A DNA stretch of 64,000 bases from Roseibacillus sp. (lineage in GTDB: Bacteria; Verrucomicrobiota; Verrucomicrobiia; Verrucomicrobiales; Akkermansiaceae), in contig CBDEUM010000029.1 of the NCBI GenBank assembly GCA_965242925.1, positions 384,001-448,000 of the forward strand. The letters are read 5' to 3'. Each line of letters opens with the position of its first letter. Positions within the stretch are counted from its first letter, which is position 1. Below the pieces are notes generated by a model that worked only from the letters and a program-made list of their open reading frames with translations, ran no database searches and was not told where the DNA came from. Both the position numbers and the translations under genes were made by a program. Below are positions 10,350 through 19,220 of the stretch, one piece after another.

Positions 10350-11618
10350 TCAGGTGCCAGTCCGCTCCAGGGTGGCCACACATTCAAGGTGCCTTGTTTG
10401 AGGGAAGAGATCGAAAGGCTGGACCGTGCGCAGGGCGTATCCCCGGGCGTTGAACTCCTTCAGATCTCGGATCTGGGTGGCGGGATTGCAGGAGACGTAG
10501 ATTATCCTGTGCGGAGCGTAAGCGAAGAGTTGCTCCAGAAACTCCGGGCCACAGCCCTTGCGCGGAGGATCAATCACAACCGAGGTTTCTGCAGCCGGGA
10601 ATGGGATCTGCTCGAAGACGTGTTCGGCGGAAGCGGTCAGGATAGTGACATTGTGGAGCTCGTTGTGGTTTGCATTCTGGCGGGCCCAGTCGGCCGAAGA
10701 CTCGGAGACCTCCACTCCGGCCACCGCCTCGAAGTGCCGGGCAAGGGAGAGGGCGAAGAGGCCGGAACCACAGTAGGCGTCCACCAGAAAGCGGCTGTCG
10801 ATCGCGGCTTCCGTCGCCACGTAGTCGACAAAGGCGGGCAGAATAAAGGGGTTGTTCTGAAAGAAATCGCCTGCCAGGAAGCGAATGTTGATCTCACCCA
10901 CCCGTTCTTCCACTACTTCGCGCGGATTGGTATGAACGCCGCCGGCGGTTGCACGGAGGAGCAAGGTCGCCCCTTTCCTGAACTTCCCCTGGGAGGCAGT
11001 CTGGTGAATGCGGGTACGCTCGACTGGCAGGGCTTGGTTGAGTTCCGGCATTGCGATGGAACAGCGTGGGACGTCGACGATCCTGTTACGTGATCCCACC
11101 GCCAGAAAACCGATGTTGAGATCCCGGTCAGGGCGCGGCTTCTGGAAGTGAGGCGTGATCTTGGAACGGTAGTGCCACGGCTCGGGAGAGGGAACGGGTT
11201 CTTCAATTGGATGGTCGATTCCTGCCATGTGCTGCAGGAGTTCGCCAACCTGCCGACGCTTCCAGCGAAGCTGTTCCTGGTAGTCGAGATGCTGGTACTG
11301 ACACCCGCCGCAGGTGGTGAAGAGAGGACAGCGTGGCTCCTGACGACTGGGACTGGGATCAAGGATCTCCAGCAGGTCAGCATGTGAACAACTGGCTTCG
11401 TTCTTCCAGATGCGGGCCCGCACCCGTTCGCCGGGCAGGCAGAACGGGACGAAGATGACCCAGCCCCCTTCGCTTTGCGCGTCCGGTGGGGTCGTTCTGT
11501 CGATTCGACCCAGGCCCATTCCCAGGTTGGAAAGGGAATCGATTTCAAGTTCGATGACCTCATGGTAGGCAAAAGGTTCCGGCCTGAAGTGTTTAGGGGC
11601 TTTTTTTTTCTCGGGCAT
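10350..11618 (-). CDS. RNA (uracil-5)-methyltransferase, RlmD/TrmA family
   Basis: TRAM-like N-terminus, CPLFTTCGGCQYQH Fe-S motif, FFQNN, DAYCGSG, DPPRKG, YVSCNPAT, DLFPQTRHLE. Confidence 0.92.
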   Translation of the reverse strand: MPEKKKAPKHFRPEPFAYHEVIELEIDSLSNLGMGLGRIDRTTPPDAQSEGGWVIFVPFCLPGERVRARIWKNEASCSHADLLEILDPSPSRQEPRCPLFTTCGGCQYQHLDYQEQLRWKRRQVGELLQHMAGIDHPIEEPVPSPEPWHYRSKITPHFQKPRPDRDLNIGFLAVGSRNRIVDVPRCSIAMPELNQALPVERTRIHQTASQGKFRKGATLLLRATAGGVHTNPREVVEERVGEINIRFLAGDFFQNNPFILPAFVDYVATEAAIDSRFLVDAYCGSGLFALSLARHFEAVAGVEVSESSADWARQNANHNELHNVTILTASAEHVFEQIPFPAAETSVVIDPPRKGCGPEFLEQLFAYAPHRIIYVSCNPATQIRDLKEFNARGYALRTVQPFDLFPQTRHLECVATLERTGT

Positions 11619-11680
11619 TCGTTCGTGCGCTTCAGGTTGCCAGAGGGGAATCGGACGATTACAATGTGCTGGAATTCGTC

Positions 11681-12097
11681 ATGATGACAATGAAAGCGAA
11701 CCTTGCCATTTGCGTATCCGCTCTCGTTTCCGCCTCCTTCGCTGCTGCCGAAATCGTCGAAGAGGAGACATGGTATAGCGCGGCAGGAAAGATCGTCAAG
11801 ACGGTGAAGCGGACTCTGACAGGAGCTGAGGTCCGGAGAACCCAATCGCCGGCCTGGGAGCCGGCCTGGGTCATCCGTGAGCGCGGGCGCAGCTCAAGGG
11901 GGAACTTCACCTCCAGACCTGTCCACCGTTATTTTCGCAGGAGTTGTCAGTCCCCCCGTTCTTATCCCTACGGGCTCGGGGTTTTTCCGCGGGTTTACCG
12001 CGGTGGGCCGGGATGGTATCTCCAGACTGGGAATAGGGGAAGATACCGGGCCCTGGGCTACTGTCCCCCACAACTCAATCTCTTCATTGGCCGCTAG
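11681..12097 (+). CDS. Hypothetical secreted protein
   Basis: Signal peptide MKANLAICVSALVSASFAAA; Arg/Tyr/Gly-rich C-terminus. Confidence 0.55.
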   Translation: MMTMKANLAICVSALVSASFAAAEIVEEETWYSAAGKIVKTVKRTLTGAEVRRTQSPAWEPAWVIRERGRSSRGNFTSRPVHRYFRRSCQSPRSYPYGLGVFPRVYRGGPGWYLQTGNRGRYRALGYCPPQLNLFIGR

Positions 12098-12118
12098 GGC
12101 CTTTTCGTGATCCTGCAG

Positions 12119-12382
12119 TTAGTTGTCCGGTGCGGGCTCGGGAGCAGGGGTGGGTTCGGGAGCGGGTCCGGATCCGGGAAGGGATGTGGTGACCTCGGGC
12201 GAGCGGAAGGGATCTTTCGGGGGGATGGAGGAATGGGGAACGTTCTTGTTTGCCACGGACTTCTGTCCGGCCTCGACCAGGGGGAATTCCCACTCTCCGG
12301 TGTTCCTGCTACCGGTGGTGCAGGCACAGAGCATGAAGAGCAACCCTGCCCCGGCGATTGCGAGTCTGATCTTGTTGTTCAT
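12119..12382 (-). CDS. Small lipoprotein with a Pro-rich tail
   Basis: Lipobox-like MNNKIRLAIAGAGLLFMLCAC; C-terminal PAPEPTPAPEPAP. Confidence 0.55.
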   Translation of the reverse strand: MNNKIRLAIAGAGLLFMLCACTTGSRNTGEWEFPLVEAGQKSVANKNVPHSSIPPKDPFRSPEVTTSLPGSGPAPEPTPAPEPAPDN

Positions 12383-12446
12383 GGGGAAAGAGAGCAGAGA
12401 AGCTGCCCAGAATCCCATCTCTATTGCAACCGGATTCTTGGATTGC

Positions 12447-13457
12447 TCAAGACCTGTTGAGCTGACGGAGCCAGCGCGTGATATCGGCAAGAACCCGTTC
12501 CCTCTGATGATCATAAAAGAGCAGGTGATAGCTCTCCGGATAATAGTGACGCTTTACCCGTGCGCCCGGTGAAAACCGCCCGGCGAAGGTTTTCACATCG
12601 TCGGGACGGGAAAAGATGTCATGTCCGCCGTGCAGGAGCAGGACGGGCAAATCGATCCGGGAGGCTTGTTCCGTAGAGGTTTCAATCATGGTGCCCAGAG
12701 TGTAAAGGAGGCGCATGGTGAAGGCGGAGACATGGTAGGGGTTGGTCTGGGCCTGCTCCTGGTGAACCACGTCCCTGATGACGCGCACTTCATTCTCTCC
12801 CGACAGGGTTTCCAGGGAGATCTTCCACCGGGGAAAGAGACTTGCTCCCCAGCGCAGGACCGTTCGCTTCCACTGCGGGAAGTCGTCATGAATGCGGGTG
12901 ATGGGAGAGGAGAGGATCAGGGCATCGCAGGGTGATTGTTTCTTCGAAGAGCAGGTTGCCGCCGCATGGAGTGCGATGAGAGCCCCCATGCTCTCTCCAC
13001 ACCATACGATGCGTGTCCCGGGGTGTTCTCGACGGACAAGGCGAGTGAAGGTGTTGAAGTCGTTGAACCAGTCCTGCCTGTCGTGAATGTCTCCCTTGCG
13101 CGAGGTGGTCGGGTCATTGCCCTGCCCGCGCAGGTCGGGAGCATAGACCGCGGCCCGGGAGTAGTGCTCCTGCAGGTACTTGCCGAGAACACTCAGGTCG
13201 GTGGACGCACCCGCGATCCCATGGAACCCCACCACCACCAGAGAGGGTGGACGCCCGTCGCGGGGGAGCCACTTGCAGTAGGGGAACCGGTCACCGTCGA
13301 ACGAGGTAAAGGTCGACTCTTCGAGGGTCGGCTGGGTAACGGCGCAGGACGCCGGTCCGTGAGGCGGAGTCCTTGCAGGAGAGCGGGAAGCACAACCGGA
13401 GAGCTCAAGGCAGGCCAATGCCACCATGGATAGCAGGAGCGATAATCTGACAGACAT
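12447..13457 (-). CDS. Alpha/beta hydrolase lipoprotein (lysophospholipase-like)
   Basis: Lipobox LSGC, HGIAG, DLRGQG, GESMG nucleophile elbow, HGGHD, SYHLL. Confidence 0.88.
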   Translation of the reverse strand: MSVRLSLLLSMVALACLELSGCASRSPARTPPHGPASCAVTQPTLEESTFTSFDGDRFPYCKWLPRDGRPPSLVVVGFHGIAGASTDLSVLGKYLQEHYSRAAVYAPDLRGQGNDPTTSRKGDIHDRQDWFNDFNTFTRLVRREHPGTRIVWCGESMGALIALHAAATCSSKKQSPCDALILSSPITRIHDDFPQWKRTVLRWGASLFPRWKISLETLSGENEVRVIRDVVHQEQAQTNPYHVSAFTMRLLYTLGTMIETSTEQASRIDLPVLLLHGGHDIFSRPDDVKTFAGRFSPGARVKRHYYPESYHLLFYDHQRERVLADITRWLRQLNRS

Positions 13458-13609
13458 GAGATGCTGTGAGGATATGTCCAGGGAGGAGAGGTGCGATCTG
13501 GAATGGGCAATGGGGCATGCCTGCCGGCCTCAGTGAGGTCCGACGACTCGCCCGCCAGAAGCGTCCACCCTGGATGGACAGGGTGTAAATCTCCCGATCA
13601 TTGGAAGGG

Positions 13610-13640
13610 AAACAGGCGCTGCTGGTTGCAGCGCCTGGTA
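13610..13640 (-). terminator. Probable intrinsic terminator after the FKBP gene
   Basis: Perfect 10-bp stem CAGGCGCTGC-tggtt-GCAGCGCCTG, followed by TTTCCCTT on the minus strand. Confidence 0.55.
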
Positions 13641-13684
13641 GATTAATTGTCCAGTTGACGTCTGAGGGAGATGCACCCGGCGAT

Positions 13685-14803
13685 CTACTTGGACTTGGGA
13701 AGGGCCTTGCCGGGTTTTACCGGGACAGGAAGTTTGGGAGGATCGGGTTGCTTGGCCGGGGCGGTTGGAATGCGCACCGGCGGAGAAACGGCACGGGCCC
13801 TGGGCTTCCCAGTGGATGGAGCAGGAGCCTTGCCCGTTCCAGGATTGACGGGAACCCGCACAGGCGGGGACACCGCCTTGGCGCCGGGACGTCCCGGAAC
13901 CCGGACAGGAGGCGAGACCGAGCGACCGGAGGGCGTGGGTCGGGCAAGCGGACGCGAGGGCGGCTTGGGCAGGTCCTTCAGCTCAGCCAGCTCGAGTTCA
14001 AAGATGAGCGTACTGTTGGGACCAAGGGTGGCGCTGCGGCGGTTCTCCTTGTAGGCGAGTTCGGCCGGGATGAAGAGCTTCCACTTCGATCCCACCGGCA
14101 TCTGGGTGAGAGCTTCCCTGAACCCCGCGATCACGTTGAGGGACATGGGTGCGGGCTTGCCTTTGGAAGAATCGAATTCCGTTCCGTCGATGAGGGTGCC
14201 GCGATAGATGGTCATAAATTGCTTGGTGGGGCGCTGCCCTGGAGCGGGTGCGGGGTAGACCTCACCTTCGCCTTTCTTGAGGATCTCGTACTGCAGTCCG
14301 CTCTTGGAGGTGATGATCCCCTCGCGTTTCTTGTTTTCGGCGAGGAATTGTTCTCCAGCCACCTTGTTCTCTACCGCGATTTTCTTTTCACGCTCCTTGA
14401 TGACGAGGCTCAACTGGTTGAGAGCCTCGTTGATCTTTTCCTGGTCGATCTTGGAATCCTTGAGTTCGAGGGCGTCAAAGAGGCCCTTGAGGAATTGCTC
14501 GCGGTCGATGTCCTCCATCTGGAGTCCGAAGCGACCGGTCTGGTTGGTGAAAGTGCGGCCGTTACGGTAACCGAACCCGTAAGAGGTCATGGTACGGATC
14601 TCCTTGGAGTCCATCGTGATCTTGGGCTCTTCCAGTTTTGCCGGGTTTGTGGGGCCTGCCGGAGCAGGTTTGGGTTGATTCTTGGGGGTCTCCTTGGCGG
14701 CTTCAGCCTTCTTGCCGGGCAGGGTGGGAGAATCCTGGGCTGAGAGCGCTCCAGTGAAAAGAAGGCCAGCGCCCAGGAATGCGGCAATGATGGTGATTTT
14801 CAT
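13685..14803 (-). CDS. FKBP-type peptidyl-prolyl isomerase (FkpA/Mip-like) with a Pro-rich C-terminus
   Basis: Signal peptide, SKSGLQYEILKKGEG, YRGTLIDGTEFDSS, GSKWKLFIPAELAY, PNSTLIFELEL. Confidence 0.92.
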   Translation of the reverse strand: MKITIIAAFLGAGLLFTGALSAQDSPTLPGKKAEAAKETPKNQPKPAPAGPTNPAKLEEPKITMDSKEIRTMTSYGFGYRNGRTFTNQTGRFGLQMEDIDREQFLKGLFDALELKDSKIDQEKINEALNQLSLVIKEREKKIAVENKVAGEQFLAENKKREGIITSKSGLQYEILKKGEGEVYPAPAPGQRPTKQFMTIYRGTLIDGTEFDSSKGKPAPMSLNVIAGFREALTQMPVGSKWKLFIPAELAYKENRRSATLGPNSTLIFELELAELKDLPKPPSRPLARPTPSGRSVSPPVRVPGRPGAKAVSPPVRVPVNPGTGKAPAPSTGKPRARAVSPPVRIPTAPAKQPDPPKLPVPVKPGKALPKSK

Positions 14804-14902
14804 GGTCTTTGGTGGAATGGGGGGTGGACGATAGGGGCGTCTTGGAGAGCTGTCGAGCGAAAGGGTGGATTGTTCGGAACACGGAGCCTCTGGCAAGGGC
14901 TG

Positions 14903-15847
14903 CTATTTCGACTGCTCCAGCATGCGCACCACGGCTGCTTCAGCTTTGCCTCGAATGTCTTCCAGGATCTCGATCCGGGGTTCCAGATGCTCCAGACAGG
15001 CGTGGAGCTTCTCAAGGGTGTTCATCTTCATGTACTTGCAATCGGAGCAGGCACAGCTGTCGGTGGGGCCAGCAATAAGGTTCTTGTCGGGAGCTTCCTT
15101 GCGCAGACGGTGCAGCATCCCCCCTTCGGTAACCACGATGATGTTCCTGCTTTCGGCGTTCTGGCAGAAGGTCACCATCTTTTCGGTGGAGCACACCTCG
15201 TCGGCGAGCAGGCGCACCGCGGTGGTACATTCCGGGTGGGCCACTGTCACCGCGTCAGGGTAGTCGTCCTTGATTTTCTGTATCGATTCGCGGGTGAATT
15301 CCACGTGGACGTAGCACGAACCTTTCCAGAGATCCATTTTGCGGTCGCAATTCTCCATCACCCATGCGCCGAGGTTTGCATCGGGCACAAAGAGGATGGG
15401 GCGGTCGGCGGGGGCCTGTTCCACAATGCGGACGGCGTTGCCGGAGGTGCAGATCACATCGGAGAGCGCCTTCACTCCTGCCGAGCAGTTGATGTAGGCA
15501 ATGACGTAGTAGTTCCGGTCGGCGTGGTCCTCCAGATACTTCTGAAGGGCAGGTGCGGGGCAGCTTTGCTCCAGGGAACAGCCGGCGTCCCGGTCGGGCA
15601 GGATCACCGTCTTGTCCGGATTGAGGATCTTGGCGGTTTCGGCCATGAAGTGGACTCCGCAGAACGCAATTACTTCCGCATCGGTCTCCTGTGCGTGGTA
15701 GGATAGTCCGAGGGAGTCTCCTACGAAGTCAGCGAGATCCTGAATGGCGCCGATCTGGTAGTTATGCGCGAGGATTACCGCGTTGCGCTCCTTCTTGAGG
15801 CGCAGGATCTCCTCCCTCAGATCGAGCGCAGGGGTAGAGGTGCTCAT
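14903..15847 (-). CDS. nadA: Quinolinate synthase
   Basis: ILAHNYQ, GDSLGLS, FCGVHFMAETAKILNP, AGCSL, AHPEC, CKYMKMNTLEK. Confidence 0.96.
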   Translation of the reverse strand: MSTSTPALDLREEILRLKKERNAVILAHNYQIGAIQDLADFVGDSLGLSYHAQETDAEVIAFCGVHFMAETAKILNPDKTVILPDRDAGCSLEQSCPAPALQKYLEDHADRNYYVIAYINCSAGVKALSDVICTSGNAVRIVEQAPADRPILFVPDANLGAWVMENCDRKMDLWKGSCYVHVEFTRESIQKIKDDYPDAVTVAHPECTTAVRLLADEVCSTEKMVTFCQNAESRNIIVVTEGGMLHRLRKEAPDKNLIAGPTDSCACSDCKYMKMNTLEKLHACLEHLEPRIEILEDIRGKAEAAVVRMLEQSK

Positions 15848-15952
15848 GCCGGAGGCTCGCCCATGCCGGCCCCGGGGCAAAGAAGAATTTATCGATGTGG
15901 TCCCGCTTTTCCAGCAGGTCTGCGATGAGATGATTCCTCCAGGCGCCGTTCC

Positions 15953-16999
15953 TTAACGAGGCTCCGGGGTGGCGTCCACAGGACCGCTGGTATCCTGCGA
16001 GGGAAGTTCGATGTCCGCAGTATCGGCGGGTTCATCGAACTTGGCATAGCGCTTCCTGAGTTGTGGTGGTTCGACGTTGCCGGAATGGTGAGCACCTTCC
16101 TCAAGTGAAAGCGAGGTGGCCTGGATGTCACCCTCCAGGATCGAATCCCGCTCGAGGGCGAGTTGTTGCTCGCACACGATATCCCCTCGGACGATGCCAT
16201 CGATGATGACGTCCCTTGCATGCACGGGGTGAGAGAAGGCAACCTTTGAGTGTTCCTGTACGATGAGGCGGCGGCAGCGCACGGTTCCCGTGATGGTTCC
16301 GTCACACAGGATGGTGAGGTTTCCATCGCAGTCGATCCCGCTGCCCTTGAAGACACCTTCGATAGTCAGGTCGTGGCAGTGCACCGAGACGCCATTGATT
16401 CCGCCTTCGTGGTGGATGTGGACATTTCCACGGGTCCGGATGCGCCGGTGGTGCATCGTGCTGATCTCGTGATTGTCGAGCGGTATGGAGGCGGTGCAGC
16501 GCAGACAGATGGTGGAGAACGTCTCTTCCGGAATGCTCTGCGGGAAATCGCACTCAAGGCAGTGGATGTGGCGGTGGCCCTTCCTGGGAACCTCGGGCAG
16601 GAGGCGGGCCAGTCGGGCGATGGCAGGGTGGTCTCCCGTGGTGGTGGTGATGCGCGGAATGCGGGCCTTGGAGGGGAGGGCGGAAGTTCCGGCGTCGTGC
16701 CGGGAGAGGTCGGAGAAGAACTCAAGTTGTTGCTCGCGGGGTGGCCCCGCCTTCTTCTCCTTCTTCAGGCGACGTGCCCGGGTGGTTTCGGGACCTTCCG
16801 TTCGTTGCTCAACCTGGTCGCGGAGAGGGAAGGGATATTCGGCGGGAGGGCGGATTGGCACGGCCTCGCCATTCTCGATCTGGAAGCAGGCACCACAGCC
16901 ACGGTCACGACAGAATGTTGAGCAGGCAAACTGGGGCTCTTCCTGCTCATGACCGCAGACCGGACACGAGAGGAGAAGATTCTTTGGACGTCCAAGCAT
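15953..16999 (-). CDS. Bactofilin-domain protein with two N-terminal Cys4 (Zn-ribbon-like) motifs
   Basis: CPVC...CRDRGC and CLEC...CLRC motifs, then beta-helix repeats (VIIDGIVRGDIVC...LEGDIQATSLSLEEGAHHSG). Confidence 0.75.
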   Translation of the reverse strand: MLGRPKNLLLSCPVCGHEQEEPQFACSTFCRDRGCGACFQIENGEAVPIRPPAEYPFPLRDQVEQRTEGPETTRARRLKKEKKAGPPREQQLEFFSDLSRHDAGTSALPSKARIPRITTTTGDHPAIARLARLLPEVPRKGHRHIHCLECDFPQSIPEETFSTICLRCTASIPLDNHEISTMHHRRIRTRGNVHIHHEGGINGVSVHCHDLTIEGVFKGSGIDCDGNLTILCDGTITGTVRCRRLIVQEHSKVAFSHPVHARDVIIDGIVRGDIVCEQQLALERDSILEGDIQATSLSLEEGAHHSGNVEPPQLRKRYAKFDEPADTADIELPSQDTSGPVDATPEPR

Positions 17000-17285
17000 G
17001 ATCGCAGGTGAAAGTGGAGTGCATTGCAACCATCATTGGATGGCTGGGCAGGGTCGAGAAAGTTTGTGCTTAACAATCGATCCCAGGTAATGACACCTGT
17101 ATTTTTGTGCGGCTGAATAAGGGAATGGGCCTGAACCGAAGTGACCAAGACTTCTAATAGTTCTTGAGAATCATTTGAGTCTTTTTAAGGATCTGCGAAT
17201 TTGCCGCCCTGTTCTCAGGGTTCCGGTGGACGGAGGGGAGGATCCGCCTTTCGCGCCAGCGCCACGGAGGGCGGTGGTCTCCGCC

Positions 17286-17816
17286 TCAGGCAGCGGGAGC
17301 CTTCGCGCTCTCAGCAAGCACTTCGGCCTTCTTCTCCTCAAGTTTGAGCGTCTGGTTTACCTCCATGGGTTGATTGCGGGGCGTGCCAATGGCTGAGGCA
17401 CCCACGAAGACAGCTCCCGCTTCCATGGAAAGGGCTCCGGCTCTGATGTCGCCAGTCACCTCGGCCAAGGCAAAGATTTCGACCCGGTCGGTGACTGTGA
17501 TGTTGCCTTCCACCCTGCCCTGCACGATGACCGAATCGCACTGGATCTCAGCCTTGATATGGGCCGATTCCCCGATGGTCAGCGAACCCTCCGAAACAAT
17601 CCTGCCCTCGATCTTGCCGTCCACGATGAGATCGCCCTGAAAGCGGACTTCTCCCTCGATCTCGACGTCGCTGCCGAGAACATTGCGCTTGCCTGCGGAA
17701 ATCGCGACGAGTTGATTGGCCTCCGTGCCCGAGGTGGGAGCGGGTTCGACGTGAGGAGCGGAAGGGAGGCCGGAGGCAGCGTCTCCCGTGTTCTTGCTGA
17801 TGATCTTCTCAAACAC
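17286..17816 (-). CDS. Bactofilin (polymer-forming cytoskeletal protein)
   Basis: VEIEGEVRFQGDLIVDGKIEGRI...VTGDIRAGALSMEAGAVFVG. Confidence 0.92.
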   Translation of the reverse strand: MFEKIISKNTGDAASGLPSAPHVEPAPTSGTEANQLVAISAGKRNVLGSDVEIEGEVRFQGDLIVDGKIEGRIVSEGSLTIGESAHIKAEIQCDSVIVQGRVEGNITVTDRVEIFALAEVTGDIRAGALSMEAGAVFVGASAIGTPRNQPMEVNQTLKLEEKKAEVLAESAKAPAA

Positions 17817-17956
17817 GATTATTCAATAAGTCAGAACCTTCTGGGTATGTCAAATTTTGTTGGCGCCACAACTGTGAGGAGATGTGAACAAGCCGCCGCG
17901 GGGGCCATCGAGTGCCAATCAATCGTCCGGACGGGGACGAACCGGCCACGCTTCTT

Positions 17957-19114
17957 TCAAGGATGAAGGGAGGAAAATCCTGGAATGGATTCGGCTAGGG
18001 TGTCCCCGGAGTGGGCGCAGGTGCGGGTTCCGGAGCGGGCGCAGGTGCGGGTTCCGGAGCGGGCGCAGGTGCGGGTTCCGGAGCGGGCGCAGGTGCGGGT
18101 TCCGGAGCGGGCGCAGGTGCGGGTTCCGGAGCGGGCGCAGGTGCGGGTTCCGGAGTGGGCGCAGGTGCGGGTTCCGGGCGCAGGTGCGGGTTCCGGAGCG
18201 GGCGCAGGTGCGGGTTCCGGAGCGGGCACAGGTGCGGGTTCCGGAGCGGGCGCAGGTGCGGGTTCCGGAGCGGGCGCAGGTGCGGGTTCTGGAGCGGGCA
18301 CAGGTGCGGGTTCCGGAGTGGGAGCAGGATCGTTGGGAGTGTTCAGGCTGTCCGGAGCGTCAGCAGCAAGAAATGGAACATCGATATTGGGCGGCGGTGG
18401 TTTGGGTCGCGGGACGGTGGCGGGGAGCGCGACTCCGAGGGTTTCAAGACGAGCTTCTGCCAGGCGTTGGCTCAGGAAGCTGTTCTTGTCGTTCGGGTTG
18501 TTCGCCTGCTCCAGCGTTTCGCGAGCATCTTCCAGGTTGCCGGCCTTGCGTTCGTAGTCGCTGATCCGGATGAGGGCGAGCGGAGCGATGTAGGCCGCTT
18601 TTGGATCGGCAGCAAGTTCCCGGAGCAGGGTGAGGCCTTTTTCATCCTCGCCCTCTTCCAGGAGGAAGGAGGCCAATACCATGCGGGCACCTGGCTGGGC
18701 CGGGTGATCCGGAGCGTCGGCGATGAAGTTGCGCAGGTTTTTCTTGGCATCCTCGCTTTCGCCCTCTTCCCAGAGCGACCGGGCCAGCTGTAGCTGGGCG
18801 GTTCCCGCTGCCGGCGTCCCGGGGTAGTCGTTCAGAACATGGCGGAAATCTTCCGGATCTCTGGACGCAACGAGGGCTTCCCCGGCGGTGACGGCCTTCT
18901 TCTGTTTCAGGCCGTCAACAATGATGTAAGCCGAAACGCCAGTGATGAGCAGCAGGACGACGACGATCAGCTTCTTTTGATTGGCGTCGAGGAACTGTTC
19001 GAACTTGGAGGGTCCCTGTTCAATTTCGCCGAGGGGGGCGGGATGATCGGACCCCTCCACCTGTCCGGGGAGGTTCGATGTTCCTTTGTCTTCTGACTTC
19101 TTTTTCTCAGCCAT
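17957..19114 (-). CDS. Membrane-anchored TPR protein (YfgM-like) with a Pro/Ala-rich repeat tail, frameshifted inside the repeat
   Basis: Single N-terminal TM helix, YPGTPAAGTAQLQLA and YIAPLALIRI helical repeats; the tail switches from APAPAPEP to GTRTCARS. Confidence 0.8.
   Translation of the reverse strand: MAEKKKSEDKGTSNLPGQVEGSDHPAPLGEIEQGPSKFEQFLDANQKKLIVVVLLLITGVSAYIIVDGLKQKKAVTAGEALVASRDPEDFRHVLNDYPGTPAAGTAQLQLARSLWEEGESEDAKKNLRNFIADAPDHPAQPGARMVLASFLLEEGEDEKGLTLLRELAADPKAAYIAPLALIRISDYERKAGNLEDARETLEQANNPNDKNSFLSQRLAEARLETLGVALPATVPRPKPPPPNIDVPFLAADAPDSLNTPNDPAPTPEPAPVPAPEPAPAPAPEPAPAPAPEPAPVPAPEPAPAPAPEPAPAPGTRTCAHSGTRTCARSGTRTCARSGTRTCARSGTRTCARSGTRTCARSGTRTCAHSGDTLAESIPGFSSLHP
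18008..18314. repeat. 24-nt tandem repeat, 13 units, one of them truncated to 19 nt
   Basis: Unit ggagcgggcgcaggtgcgggttcc; the copy at 18176-18194 lacks ggagc. Confidence 0.97.
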
Positions 19115-19220
19115 GGATCAGCGGGGAAGTGTGCGTAGCGCGGGAGGGGCAGTGAATCAAGCCCTTGTGGCGGATTTCAGAGTTGTCGGGGCGGCGGACC
19201 CGGGTAGGTTCGCCCCGCAG

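Noticed and set aside
17164..17180. TTGAGAATCATT as a Fur box between the bactofilin genes
   Set aside because: Only a half-site; the right arm does not match.
18008..18314. Possible CRISPR array
   Set aside because: Units are head-to-tail with no unique spacers, lie inside a CDS, and no cas genes are present.
17884..18793. Plus-strand GAGAGS (silk-like), RSGRRCGF and AQVRVPER ORFs
   Set aside because: Alternative frames of the 24-nt repeat; the minus-strand TPR gene explains the region.
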